Made by a program: the position numbers and the translations under genes. The notes under the pieces were generated by a model. That model was not told the origin of the DNA and ran no database searches. It worked only from the letters and a program-made list of their open reading frames with translations. Source: the human T2T-CHM13v2.0 reference genome, Homo sapiens. From it: a DNA stretch of 64,000 nt. How positions within the stretch are numbered: the stretch's first letter is position 1; every line of letters begins with the position of its first letter. The DNA lies in the NCBI RefSeq assembly GCF_009914755.1, contig NC_060925.1. One strand, 5' to 3'. Positions 17,861 through 35,892 of the stretch are shown piece after piece.

Positions 17861-19994
17861 TCTCCTAATATCCACTCTGGGAAGATGGATCTGATAAGAG
17901 AGAAAGATGAATGTAAAGAACAGATTGGGGAAAACAAAGAATAATGGAGGTAGGGAGATGACATTCACGGCTACTGGGGGAAAAAATACACACACGATAA
18001 AGTGAGGGTTTAACTATAGTAGTGAGAACTGAAGCAAAAGATGGATATTTGAGCCTTGGTGTGAGAACGCAGAGAGGAACCAGAAACAGACTCAAAGACA
18101 ATGAATGAATCAATTCAATGCTAAGGTACCATGCCTAAAAGGAGATCAAGAACATGAGTAAAAATATGGAACACATGATAAACAGCAGGTTTCAGAAGGA
18201 AGATAATAGGGTAGGATTAGTCTGATATTAAGTGTGAAAACTCTAAAATGCCAATAAGACATACAGAAAACATTTAATGGCAGTTTGAAATACACCTTAA
18301 CAGTGCAAGAAGGAAATCTAACTAGAGAAATAGAGTTAGGCATCAACAGTTCAGTGACGGTATCTGAAGATACAGAAGTGGATGAGATCAATAAGCTAGA
18401 AAAGACAGCAGGAGCAGCAGATCCCATTACTCAGCAACTACAGTGTTTCAGACCCTATACTGGGCACTTTATATTATCTCTAATCCTCCCAACAATCCTG
18501 CTATAAAGGAATTACCCCTATTTTACAGATTAGAAATCTAAGTTTGGAAAGGATTGAGGAAATTTAAAATTCCAAGGTCATACAGCTAATATGTGGCAGG
18601 GGTAGAATTCAAACCCCAGTCTACCTGACAGGCCTATAATCCTTATTACATATAGAGAAGAATGTTGACACCAAAACCAGAGAGAAATACTATTTATAGT
18701 TAGTGAGAAGAAAGGAAACCAGCAAAGAAGGAATGGTTCAAGAGATCACAGAAAGCCATGGCAGTACAGTATCATGTAAGCCAACAGAGGAGAATAAAGC
18801 CAACAGGGGAGAGGCGAGTAGAAGCAGGTGGTAATTTTAATGGCTATGTGCCAGGTACAGTGCTTTACATATATTAGCTCATTTACTTCTCTCAATAATC
18901 ATGACATAAGTACTATTACTATCCCATGAAATAAATATGAGAAGGCAGATAACTTGCTAGCATCATACAACCAGCCAATGGCAGAGCTGGGTTTTAAATC
19001 TAGGCAACCCCCCTTTGCATCCTACATTCTTGACCAATATATACCACGCTACCTGTGGGCACTACGAAATGGTTAAGGAGAAAAACACAGGAGAGGGAAA
19101 AGGGCAGACCCTTTTACAAGGGGAATAACAACTTTCAAAAGTTTAGTTTTAGAACATCACTTGAAGGCACATGTCATAAAGAAGTTAACAAACAAGCAAC
19201 TATCACATAAAGACAGATAGTATCATCTACTTTTAGAAGCCTTGGGGAAAAAGGTAAGAGAATATTAATCTATAGGGTTAAAACTATCAAGAAAATATAA
19301 ACCAATTTGGGGTATTAGAAGGCCTTTTTGCTTTGCAAGCTTATAGGTTGTGAGAGGTGTATATAAGACTTAATAAATGTCCTTTGGGTATCTGAGATAT
19401 AGGATGTAACTTTTTAGTATCCTTTAACAATGGAGAGTATGCCCTACACAAGAATTCTCAGACCCAAATGTGAATTAGAATCTCCAGGAAATTGTCTTTA
19501 AATTTTTTATTTTCGTGGGAAAATAGTAGGTATATATATATTTTCTCCATGGAATTTTAAGGAGCTATGAGTCTTCACCTCAGATTCAGAATCTCTGATT
19601 CAGAAGATCTGTAGTGGGGCCCTGGCATTAATGTGATCTTGATCCAAAACTTATATACTTACAGAAACTATGACACCCTCTGCATACATTGCCTGAGTTA
19701 CTTGAAAACAGTATCTTAGTAAATGTTTAAGGTTAATATGAACTTTACTACTTGACCAATACCATATGTTATGATTTACATGAAAAAACTAACCTGCTCA
19801 AAAGATTTGTATACGATATCTGAATACTATCAAAATAATGTTCCTTTGAGTGAATGGCTGGGTTTTTCCTTGAGTGTGAGTTTGTACCTGTTGAAATTAA
19901 ACAACATTCCAATGGTGCATTTCTGAAATTACTTCAATAAGGGAAAGACTCATTTAATAAATATTTGGCTCATCCTAACCTTTTAAAATTGAGA

Positions 19995-20300
19995 GGCCAT
20001 GTCTGGTGGCTCACGCCTGTAATCCCAGCACTTTGGGAAGCTGAGGCGGGTAGATTGCTTGAGGTCAGGAGTTCAAGACCAGCCTGGGCAACATGGTGAA
20101 ACCCCATCTCTACAAATAATACAAAAATTAGCCAGGCATGCTGGTGCACATCTGGATTCACAGCTACTCAGGAGCTGAGATGGGAGGATCATTTCAGCCC
20201 AGAAGGTGGAAGTTGCAATGAGCTAAGAGATCGAGCCTCTGCACTCCAGCCTGGGCAACAGAGTGAGACCCTATCTCAAAATAAACAAATAAATAAACAA
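19995..20300 (+). mobile_element. AluJb/AluSz-like
   Basis: Full Alu dimer. Confidence 0.9.
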
Positions 20301-20829
20301 GAAATTTCTGTAATGCATACAGTGAGATCAAGTAGGAGACCTGAAAATAAATACAACACCCCTCAAAAGATGCATAGAAACTTAACTTCACATGTCTTAG
20401 CTAGGAAGTTAAGCTCTAGAATCAAACTATCCTGGTTTACCTAACTTTCTAGCTGTGTGATTTGGAACAAGTTTTTAAATCTCTCTGTGCCTCAGTTACC
20501 TCAATTATAGAATGAGGAAAATAGTAATGACCTGCACCTCATATGGTTGCTATGATAATTAAATGAGGTAATCTGGGTAGAAAGAGCACCTAATAGTGCT
20601 TGGTACACAATAAGCATTCAATAAATGTTGGCAATATAAGCAAATAAAAATGTTCACTAGCCCAGCAATTATAGTCTAGAAATTTTTCTTACAAAAACCT
20701 TGTTAAAATGTACAGAGATACATCTTTAAGAATATCTAATGCATTGTTGGCATCAGATTATTTGTGACAGAAAAAAATTACAAATAGTACAAACTTCAAC
20801 CATGAAGAGCTAAATAATTTATGTTACAA

Positions 20830-22640
<1,811 letters not shown>

Positions 22641-22669
22641 TTTTTATAATCAGAAACTATATAAAGTCA

Positions 22670-23019
<350 letters not shown>

Positions 23020-23722
23020 GATTTTTACAGTTAAAATATATATGCAATTCCCAAACTGAAAAGATAACACTACAAGTATTTAAGCTATATTGTTATTAAA
23101 TTATTCAAAGTATTGTATAATTCAAAGTGTTTACATTTCTACATACCTAGATATTATATATTTCTATAAGAAAAACATAGGTATGAATACATGTTGTTTA
23201 ACTTCATTTCCTCAATTCCTTATTTTCAAACAATAAGCTTTACTATCTTTGTAAATAACTAATTTTATACAATGTCAACACTAAAAAAGCTACTCCCTAT
23301 TATAATACATACAGCAGTTCACATCTTAATGGTTTCAAGTTTTGACTGTTAAAAATGTTAAGAATAATTAATTTTAGAAAAAAGTGTGGAACCTACATGA
23401 AATTTCTTAAGGACAACACAGGCTGCTTAAAATACACTTTTTACTACGAGCACAATTACTACATGAGCCAAATTTGACAGCACAGACACCAAAGTAATTC
23501 TACATATTTTATAATGGCCACTTAAAAGACATTATTAAGGGTAAATAAGCCATAAATACCCCCCATTATTTTAGGAGGAAAATAAATAACTTTTATTATT
23601 TTGTTTTTACTGCTACCTATTAAGTTATAGACTATACAGTAAATAAAAGAAATACTAAGCAATATCAACAAACTGTAAAACAAATCAAATATGGGCTTAC
23701 GTCAGTAAGACCTGTAAAATAA

Positions 23723-23850
23723 GGCCAGGCACAGTGGCTCATGCCTGTAATCCCAGCTATTCAGGAGGGTGAGGCAGGAGGATTGCTTGAGGTCATGAGT
23801 TCAAGACCATCCTGGGCAACATAGCAAGACCCCGTCTCTAAAAAAAAAAT
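23723..23850 (+). mobile_element. FLAM (Alu monomer)
   Basis: Single left arm with A tail. Confidence 0.85.
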
Positions 23851-24387
23851 TTTTTTTTAAAGAATAAACTCATTTGTGTGTGAGATTTGATCCAATCATT
23901 CTAGCTTACCTGCATCCATCACTAGTTTTTAAAATTAATTAACATCTAAGGGTTTCAATTTTTTTAATATAGCTTAAATAATTAAATTCATGATTATAAA
24001 TAAAATATTGCCACTTGACTTCAATCTGCTAACGGAGAAGGCATGAGGAGAGAAAGATTTTTTAATCAAGGTGTTCCTCAGCTGGAGTTATTTCATTACC
24101 CATTAAGTAACACAACTATCTGAAATTCAGTTCAAGATGCCCTTATCAACTGAACACTATTTCCTTTCTCACAGTGCCAAATCTATGTGCCAACTGCCTA
24201 AGCAACAATAGATTCGCTTTAATTAAAAATAAGGTTCTGACATCCCAGTAAAACCAAGTCAAGAATTCTGAATCTAAAATTGAATCTGAACTTCTGATGA
24301 CAATGTTAACCAACACCAAGAACAGAGTTAAGGGCAACTAAGACCAAGTCCTAATCTGAAAAGGCACTGCTGAGAAATAAAACTACT

Positions 24388-24703
24388 TTTTATTTTATTT
24401 ATATTTATTATTTTTTTGAGACGGAGTCTTGTTCTGTCGCCCAGGCTGGAGTGCGGTGGCGCTATCTGGCCTCACTGCAAGCTCCGCCTCCCGGGTTCAC
24501 GCCATTCTCCTGCCTCAGTCTCCTGAGTAGCTGGGACTACAGGCTACAGGTGCCCGCCACCATGCCCGGCTTTTTTTGTATTTTTAGTAGAGACAGGGTT
24601 TTACCATGTTAGCCAGGATGGTCTCGATCTCCTGACCTCGTGATCCGCCCACCTCAGCCTCCCAAAGCGCTGGGATTACAGGTGTGAGCCACCATGCCCA
24701 GCC
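24388..24703 (-). mobile_element. AluY
   Basis: TSD AACTACTTTTT. Confidence 0.92.
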
Positions 24704-25284
24704 AATATAACTACTTTTTTAAAAAGTCTTTTACAAATAATCATCTACTCAACAACTCTTCTGTTAATTAGGTCAGCATTACTCCCATTTCATAGATGGA
24801 GAGACTGGCAGAGTTGTTGAGTGCCTTGCTCAGTAGTAGAGAGCCAGATGACAAGAATCCAAGGCAATACTAGCAGGTCCTATTCCCATTCCTGGCTTCT
24901 GTCCACAAACATCTTCCCCACCCCACACTACTGTTCTCCCTTTCCCCAGACAATTCTAAGAGGAAGAAACACCAAGAATCTCTAGAGTAGGCACACATTA
25001 AAGAAAAAGCTTACAGCTACTATGCAACATCAAAGCATAGTTCCTGAAAATTGTCAATACGAACAAATTATTCTTCCATATTCTGCAGATACTTTCTACC
25101 AAAACTATCCAGAGATGTTTCAGATCTAACCATTATAGAAACTATTTTAATATAAAAAAACTAGTACGAATTCTAGTTTCATTTTAGTTAGTAAGCACCC
25201 CCCACCCCCCACCCCCACCCAATTCCCCAGCCGCGGAGCACTACTATTACTAAGGCTTTTTTTTTTTTTTTTTTTAATTCAGGT

Positions 25285-25406
25285 AGGCTGAGGCAGGAGA
25301 ATGGCATGAACCCGGGAGGCGGAACTTGCAGTGAGCCAAGATTGCACCACTGCAGTCCAGCCTGGGCGACAGAGCCAGAGAGACTCCGTCTCAAAAAAAA
25401 AAAAAA
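25285..25406 (+). mobile_element. 5'-truncated AluY (right arm only)
   Basis: aggctgaggcaggagaatggcatgaacc...A tail; TSD A(A/T)TTCAGGT. Confidence 0.88.
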
Positions 25407-28400
25407 TTTCAGGTTAATACTACTGAAATGCCAGTTACAAGGAAAAACAAAAATGCAAAACAAACGAGAACAGAGGCAGTGGGAGCAGGGGACAGGACAG
25501 GGTTAAAAGGACAAGAGGAAAAAGAGAATCATAAGCCAGTGTTAATTATTAGTGATAAAGACTCTCAGTCTTTTATGGTACAACTGCACATCTAGAATTC
25601 TAAAGCAAGAATTAACCTAGCAAATGTGTCTGGAGAGGTATGCCCTCCAGAGAAGACATTATCACTATATGGTAGTTTCCATCCTGGTATATACCGGTTA
25701 ACTTTGTTTTGTTCTATAGCCAGACTGTATAAGGCATATATCTTCCAGAAGTCCATAGGATATACATACCATTATTTATGGGGGAAAAGAAACTCAAACC
25801 ATAGTTCTAAAGGCAGGGAGGGAGCAAGAACTGAACACACACAGAAACCTTATTCTACCATAACGTGATATGAAATGCTTAAAAATGTTTAGTTTTGGTA
25901 TGGTTTTTTGGAACTCTAACGGGGTTTTTAACATAGGGTCTATGGAGGGGCTTTATTACAAGCAGAACATTGTGTGTACTATGTTCATTTTGAGTGTGAG
26001 AAAGTGCACCGCTCCCACTAGATTCTGAAAGGGGTCCAGCAGCAAAACAAAGTTGTGAGACGCTAGCTTATATGACCGCCTTGGAAAAAACTTCTAAGCT
26101 ATCGGAAAAGGGTGTTATTTTATTATCACACATGACCTTTAGCCCAAAATTTCTTTATTCAAGACATTTTATTCCAAAATACTTTGGGTTGTAACCACCC
26201 AAAACTACAACCACTCTTTGCACATAAATCATCTGTGGTAAATATTTCTTAGGCTACTTTCCTTACCAACTCTGTAATCAGAGAATAAAAATACATTTTA
26301 AGCATCAAAACTAAGCAAAACTGGCAGGTCAAACTGCCATTTTTGTTTTAAGGATAAAAATGTTTGAATGTGTGAGAAAACCAGATTCAAATGACCTTTA
26401 CACTGCCAGATTTCTATTTATCTACACTCCACCATGGCCCTCTTTTAATCTAGTTAAAGCAACTGCTTCTCCCACGTTGATTAAATCCTTGAATCTAGAA
26501 ATGTGGTTAAGGCCAAAAGGTTTTCTCATCATAAAAGAAATATTTCTCAACTTAATTAACTCATGCCCTCTTTTGTTAAATACAACTCTTAAACCTCCTT
26601 CCACGTAATTGACATTTTGAGTAAATTACAGTTCGAAAACCAAATCAAATCCATGATAATTTTAGAAGCTTAAAATTTTGCTCTTGAAAATTTTACTCTG
26701 CACATCAACGTGGTATCAATGTTGAACTTTGCATCTGCTTTCTAGCTACAAGCTTTTTTCTTCTAGGTCTTATAAAAAGGGTATATAAAGAAGTCACTTT
26801 CAACATTATGTCTATTATGCTGTTTTGTTTTGAAGGATTCACACACCATTGGTAGGGGTGAGGGACATAAGATATGCAGGCCCTCTCCATTAGATTCATG
26901 GATGTGTAAAGTTCTATTGCAGTTCATAACCTCATCAACTGACTTTTGGCCTAAGCAACGTCATAAAACTTCATTTCACCTTTAGAGCAAACCTTTCTCC
27001 TAGTACCTGGAGTTAAAAATAGTGCAAGCCATGCTGACCTGGGCTATTTTTATCTGGAAAATAGGGACTAGAAACAGTATAGCAAGCAAAGAAAGGCGAG
27101 TTTACCACAACAGGATTAAAACTCTCACACACTTTTTAAAAAGTCCCACTACAGTTTTAGAAATCGGATGGAAAGGTGGTAAAGCAGAGGTGAGGTACAG
27201 GGCAGAGGATCAGCTGAGGGCAGTTCACTGAGTGTTAGCAAGATATGACTAATACTGTACGTAACAAGCAATAATAAAAGTCCTCTGCCGAAGACAGAAT
27301 AGTATAAAACCTTTCCTTCCCCTGCCCTTACAGATTTCTAGAGAAGATAATTTGGGAATAAAAGGTATAAAAGGTTTTTGAGAAAAGAGAGATCAAAGGA
27401 CATTCAGAGTTCGGGAGGATATCTGGGAAGCAGACTTAGCTTAGATCCTAAAGGGTGTAGAAGATCTGCATTGCTGGGGAGGAGTGTGGGAGTGGTAAAC
27501 CAGTCAAAGAATTCACAGATGTGCTGGGAGGAGGAGAAGGGGAGCAGAAGCAGGAAAACAGTCTGGCTGAAACACTGGTTGTATTTCAAAGAGCAGTAGC
27601 AAATCAGGGTGGATAAATGGTGTGGGCCTAAGCAGCTGGTGAGCATTAAATGTGTAAGAATCAAATTGTATCCTTAGCAAACCTCTGAAGATTTCTGAGT
27701 AAGATTTTTATGAGTGTTGGTAAATTTATATAGGATGCATATGGGTAGTACATGGAGAAAAATGAATTAAGGGGAAAAAAAGTGTGTAACAATCCAGATA
27801 GAAAGTGATTTTTAAAATTCTAATTAGAGCGGTGCAGTGGGAATTCAAATATAATACTTACTGAGTCCTCGACGCAAGATGCTGAGTACACCAATGTTGG
27901 AAATACAAGGGTTCTCGCCTCAAGTGGCTCACTATAGTAGAGGAAATGGGAATGGAAACCAGCCACAGTGAAGTATGCTATCACGGTGATGGGAAGTGCC
28001 AGAGGAACAGACAGGACAAAGTTGTAGCTCTGCTTAGAGAAATGAGGGCAAGAAGCAAGTTAGAGGACCTTCTCACCACTTTCCAAACGAAAGAAATGAG
28101 GAAATGCACAGCACTAGAAAATGAAGGTAGGTTCAGGGACCTGCAAACAGGTTCCTGTGGCTGGAACAGAAAGTATATGGTAGTGAAATGTTCTTTATAA
28201 AAAAGTAGCAATGGACAGAATGAACTAGAAAGATACAAAAAGAAAAAAAACAAACAAACAGGCTTTTGTAATAATCCAGGACAGCAATGAAGAGTGTAAA
28301 TGGGAATGAGGAACAAGAGACTAATAGGAAATTAGTTTTAAATAAGCAAAATTTTCAAACTGATAAAGGAAAGTATGTTCTTCTAAAACATCATGCTGTT

Positions 28401-29325
28401 TCCAGACTTGGAGACTTTCAATAGACTTAACTCCAACTTAACCTTTAGAAGTCTTAGCCTAATTTCTTAAAAAAAAAAAAAAAAAAAAAAAACCTCTCCT
28501 GGCCTGCAGACCAAGTTAGGTCTCCTCTTGTGTGATCCCAATAGGATCCTGTACTTCCATCTCATAAACATAGCACTGGGAATTACAGGTTCAACATTGT
28601 ATTTCCCTCACACAGTTAAGACTCCAGAAAGGCAGAGAGAATTACTTTGACCTGGGCACTGTGGTACCTTCAGTGCCTAACACAGATCAGACACTCAGTA
28701 AATAGCTGTTGAATAACTAAATGAAGTTCACAGGATCAATTTTAAATCTGTTCCTCCATCTCCCCCATCAGACAGGCTTACCAATCCTCATTCCTTCCAA
28801 CAAGAGGAAACTTCAGTCTTAATCACATTGAGTTTGCAATACTTCCAGAAAATTCAGGTAGAAATGTCTGTCAGTCCTCTACAGATGCCAAAGTAAGAGA
28901 CAGACGAAGGAATCTTTAACAAATCCTAATAGCTGAAGTCATGATTGTTGTTATTACTATTATTTGTTACAGTTACAGCTAATACTAATTGAGCACTGAT
29001 TATCTGTTGAGTATTTCTTTATTTTCTCACCTGTCCTCAAATAGACCTATTGGATTAAGTACTGTTATTAACTCCTATCATACTGATGAGGAAATTAATG
29101 CTTTAGGTTAGAAAATGTGTCTAAAATCAGAGAGCAATTAAGTAGCAGAAGAGCTTCAACACAGGCAAACTAGTTTAAGAACCTGTGCTTCCATGAGCGC
29201 ATAAGATAACCCAGGGGGAAAAAAAGTGTAGACTAGAGGGAAAAAAAGAGAAGACAAACCACAGATCATAAAGAATAGTAACATTTAAGGGGCAGACACT
29301 GCCAAGGAAGAACTGACGTAAGAAC

Positions 29326-29822
29326 TGGTATTTATATTCTTGTATGATTCCTCACACATATGGAATGGAAAGTCACCTAATGACTTGCTTCTTGCAAAAG
29401 AATACAGCACAAGTGATGGGATGTCACTTCCATCATCAGATTACAAGACTGGGACTTCAGTCTTGCCAGCAGACACTATTGCCTTTTTGGCTTGCATACT
29501 TTATTGAAGAAAGCTGTCATGTTAGGGAAGCCCACGTGGCAAGAAACTGAAGCCCTCAGTCCAACAACCTGCCAAGAACTTAATGGTGCCAATAACCACT
29601 GAGTGAGGCTAGAAGCAGATCCCTCCCCATTCAAGCCTTAGAAGGAGACCACACACCCTGACCAATGTCCTGACTGCAGCCTGTGAGAAATAGTGAGGCA
29701 GAAGATGTAGCTAGACTGTGCCCAATTCCTTGTCTACAGAAAGTATGACATAACAAATGTGTGTTGTTTTAAGCTGCTAAACTTTGGAGTAATCTGTTAT
29801 GTAGCAATAAATGACTACTACA
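29326..29822 (+). mobile_element. MLT1F-like MaLR LTR
   Basis: gtgatgggatgtcacttcc...cccacgtggcaagaaactga...ttgttttaagctgctaaactttgg...agcaataaatgactactaca. Confidence 0.75.
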
Positions 29823-30312
29823 AACTAAGAAGAAAAATCTAGAAATATAGATGTTCAAGTTCCTTCTACATACACATCTTCTGACAGTCATGAACAGAAA
29901 GTGAACTGAACTTTAGGAAAAAAAACTACCACTGTAAGTTGAGGAAAAAAAGAAAACTGAAAAATATAAGAAAAAACAACTGAAAGGATAAGACCCAGGC
30001 TAGTAAATGGGTAGCCAAAGATTTTAAAGGTGGGGTGGTTAATAGAGCTATTGCAGCAGTAAAAATATCTGGTCTAAGGGGTGGGGGGCGGGGAATCACT
30101 AAATTTTTTAGCTAAAAAGCAATTTTCAAGGCATCCATTTCAGAGTAGACCTAACAGAAATTGGTAGAAGACATCACACAGGTAAAATATGCCTTGAGAT
30201 AGAATTAAAGGGTAATTATATAACAAAACTATAGAAGCCAAGCTCCTAGTCACCATTTATAGAGGAAAATTGGAAATATCAATATTAATAAGAAAAAATT
30301 CAGAGAGATGGT

Positions 30313-30658
30313 TAATATGGTTTGGCTCTGTCTCCTCACCCAAATCTCATATTGAATTATAATCCCCATTGTCAGGGGAGGGACCTGGTGGGAGGTGACT
30401 GGATCATGGTGACAGTTTCCCTCATGCTGTTCTCATGATAGTGAGTTCTCATGAGATCTTATGTTAAAAGTGTTTGACAATTCTCCCCGCCTCCTTCTGT
30501 CACGTAAGACATGCCTTGCTTCCCTTTTGCCTTCTGCCATAATTGTAAGTTTCCTGAGGCCTCCCCAGCCATGTGGAACTGTGAGTCAATTAAACTGCTT
30601 TTCTTTATAAATTACCCAGTCTCAGGTCTTCACAGCAGTGTGAAAACAGACAAACACA
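30313..30658 (+). mobile_element. THE1 (THE1C/D-like) solo LTR, antisense to EGLN1
   Basis: taatatggtttggctctgt...cagcagtgtgaaaacagacaaacaca with 5-bp TSD ATGGT. Confidence 0.9.
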
Positions 30659-30942
30659 ATGGTCAATCTTTTTATTCCCCAAACTTATGATTAGTCCTTT
30701 TCAATTTACTTCTTAGATTTGACATTTCCTATTAAGGTGTTATTACATAAAAATTAGCCTTAAACTGAATTGAGATGAGATTACAGCTTCCTGGGTTCTG
30801 GAGTTCATGTTTCACGTTTCTGGTTTTAATTTTTAAAAATTATTTCATACCTGACAATCTAATGTTTACCCATACTTTTGTGACCCTCTCTCACTTTAGA
30901 ATCAAAAGCAAGGCTTCCTATGCTCAAAAGTCCTGGATAGTA

Positions 30943-31236
30943 GGCCGGGCACAGTGGCTCATGCCTGTAATCCCAGCACTTTGGGAGGCCTAGGTGGGCG
31001 GATCACGAGGTCAGGAGTTCAAGATCAGCCCGGCCAACATAATGAAACCCTGTCTCTACTAAACATACAAAAAAATTAGCCAGGTGTGGTGGTGGGCACC
31101 TGTAGTCCCAGCTACTCAGGAGGCTGAGGGAGGAGAATCACTTGAACCCAGAAGGCAGAGGTTGCAGGCAGAGGTTGCAGTGAACCAAGACCACGCCATT
31201 GCACTACAGCCTGGGTGACAGAGTGAGACTCCATCT

Positions 31237-31275
<39 letters not shown>
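30943..31275 (+). mobile_element. AluSg-like with long A tail
   Basis: TSD CCTGGATAGTA; internal tandem duplication of ggcagaggttgca. Confidence 0.92.
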
Positions 31276-31278
<3 letters not shown>

Positions 31279-32182
31279 CTGGATAGTATATTCTAATTTT
31301 AATAGTACCAGTATTATTTTATATTTGGTACTTTTATTTGCAATTCCAATGCCAGGCTCCACATCAAAGGGATGAAAGGCTCATACAACACTGATATCTT
31401 CACAGATCATCCAATACAGTCCCTAAGCTATCAGTAACTTTCTTCTTCTTCACTACTTTAGGAAGCTATCATATAGTCATGTGTATCATACAGTCATGTA
31501 TTGATAAGTCAGTGGAACTATTTTTGATATTTTACGGTCATTCCATTCTTCCCAATTTTCTGTAACAGTTTTATTTTCAACAGTAGGTTTAAATGAAGAT
31601 GTTTTATTTCTGACTTCATTTTGACATTGAATCTAAATCTATGCTTCCCTTATGTTGAACCATTCAATTTTCTCTAATGTTCCCCTAAAGTTCAAACTTC
31701 GTATATTTCTTTTTACGTGGATTCACAAGCCATCTTGAATGAGTGGTTCATGCAAGGAAGCACAGACATACTTATAGACAACACTAAAAGTGTTGCAAGG
31801 TTTCCTGCAATAATTCCTGAAGGCGGTTCCACTGGTAGAGCTGATACAAGCATACTGCACAGAGAAACCTTAAAACCTCTAGAGAAGAAAGGATGGGGCT
31901 AGAAGGTCAACAGTAGTAGTAGCTAGCACAGCCAATTTGAAGGAATGTGAAAATATAGAGCATATAACTTTTTTCTTGTTGCTTGGCTGGGAAGTAAGTG
32001 TCAGCAAGCTATCATAAATGGCAACACTGAAAAAGTGGGGGCAAGAGAAGAAAAGCAGAAGACTTAGGTCAAAATAAAACAATAATTTCCTTCCAATCGC
32101 TCAAGCCAAAACCCTTTAAGTCATTCATGACTCTTCCCTTCTTTCATACCCCACATCTAATGTATCAGCAAATCTCATTTGA

Positions 32183-32581
<399 letters not shown>

Positions 32582-33918
32582 TGAACACACCAAACACATT
32601 TCAAGTTAGGGCCTCTGTATTTGCTATTTAATACCATTCCTGAAAATGCTCCTCTTCCACATATCCACATAACTAATTTCCCACTTCATTCAAGTCACTA
32701 TTTAAATGTCACCTTATTTTACCAATCTTATCTAAAAGAGTACTCCCTAGTCACTCTGTCCTTATCTTATTCTCCATCTTAATATTTACCACCTAACGTG
32801 CCATGTATTACTTGTACATCTGTTTATTGACTGTCCCTCCCCACCCCACACTTCCTCCAACTAGAAGATAAGGTCCATGAGAAGGGGGGCTTTTTGTTGT
32901 TATTCAGGACACCCTAGCTCCTAGAACAGGGCCTGTATGTGCAGGGTACTCAACATTTGTTGAATGAACAAATGAGTGAAAATAGTATCAAAACAGGACT
33001 CAGAAAATATAACAAAGGGTAAAGAGTACACGTATTTTGCTTTGGTAAAGAAATGGGACCTGGAACACTGAATAAGAAAAAAGAGAATTCCAAACTCATG
33101 AAAACTTTATGGGGATCTCAAGTCAACAGACACTGTCCAAGCTCTTCAGAAATGAAACTAATTCTGAATTGGTTATGGAAAAATGTGATTATGAAGTACA
33201 AAGGTGGCAGAAAAGTTGAGTTTTGACTACGAAATAAGGCATGAAATAAACTGTTGTAAGAGAAGATTTTGGTTAACCATCTATATCAATTTTTTTTTAG
33301 AAGAGATTTAGCTGAAATAAAAGGCAAAGACAAGCTCTGAAAATGGACTTAGTAAATTATCTGAATGCCATCATGTAGTCACAGACAATGTTCCAAGTGT
33401 GGAAACGAGGGCACAGTGGAAAAGAAGGTGGAATGTAAGCACAGAAGTAAAATCTAAGAAAAAGAAACTGCCCAAGAATGTGCTAGAATAAAAGGGAGAC
33501 TGAAATAGTTGGGGTAGCTTTAAAGGCCTAAAGTGAAAAATTAAACAAAAACAACTAAGCTGACAACATCAATCCAAAGGCATATCAGAAAGGCACAGGC
33601 TTCAGAAAACATGGAAGAAGAACAAAGATTTCAAGCCTGATGGGGGAAAAAAGGGAAAGGAAAACAGGAGTAAACTGTCACTCAGAAACACAGAGTGGGA
33701 AGACAGCTCCTACTAAAGAAACAAGAGAGGGTAGGCCTACTTCAGGGCAAACGGCTTTAAATAGTATCAGAGGAAAGACAGATGGATAAAGAACATTTAA
33801 GAAAATTAGGTAGGAGAAAAATTTAAACTAGAATGTCAGATAAGCCAACATGTAGAATGACAGAAGCAAAAGGGAGAAGAAAGTCTCGAATGTTCAAGCA
33901 TATTCTCAAAAATGGCAG

Positions 33919-34513
<595 letters not shown>

Positions 34514-34977
34514 GCGTAAAATATGCCAAAATTAGTTAAGTAGAAATATGTATAAAGTTACAGATATGAATGAACTAAATCAAAGGTCTGTTGATTTTGT
34601 CACCAGCTCTATGACCTTGAAGAAGTTAATCTCTCTGGGACTTTTTTCTCTTAAAAAAATGTTATTTCTTCTCTTTTAAAAAAAAATGTGTAAATGCAGG
34701 AAAAGTGGTTAGGTAAAAAAATGGGTGATCATTCTAAGCCCTTTTTTCTCCAGTTTATCGGAGGGGAATGAGACAGGGAAAGCACAGAATTCTTAAAAGA
34801 ATCAGAAAGATAGCAAATTTTTTAAATGGGAGAAGTAATAGTTAAGAACAGTTCTGCATAGCGCTTTACCATCTAAAAGGTGCTTTACATGAAACATTAT
34901 ATGTTCACCTCACAACAAGCCTGAGAAGCTAAAAACACAGGTATCACTGAACACCATTTTATAAACGGAGCAACTGA

Positions 34978-35584
<607 letters not shown>

Positions 35585-35661
35585 TAATTAAGGATTTGTG
35601 GGTATTTTTGTGGATTATTAGGTAGTAGATAAGTAAAGAGTTACATACATACAAAAAAAAA

Positions 35662-35892
35662 ATTTTTTTTTTTTTTTTGAGATAGGGTTTTGTTCTATCA
35701 CCTGGGCTCAAGCAATCATCCCACCTGAGACCATGGGCTCGCACCACCATGCCTGGCTAATTTTTTAATTTTTTTAGAGACAAAGTCTCACCATTTGCCC
35801 AAGCCAGTCTTGAACTCCTGGGCTCAAGCGATCCTCCTGCCTCAGCCCCTCAAAATGCTGGGATTATAGGCGTGAGCCACTAAAGCCCAGCC
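35662..35892 (-). mobile_element. AluJ with deletions
   Basis: Partial right arm and full left arm. Confidence 0.8.
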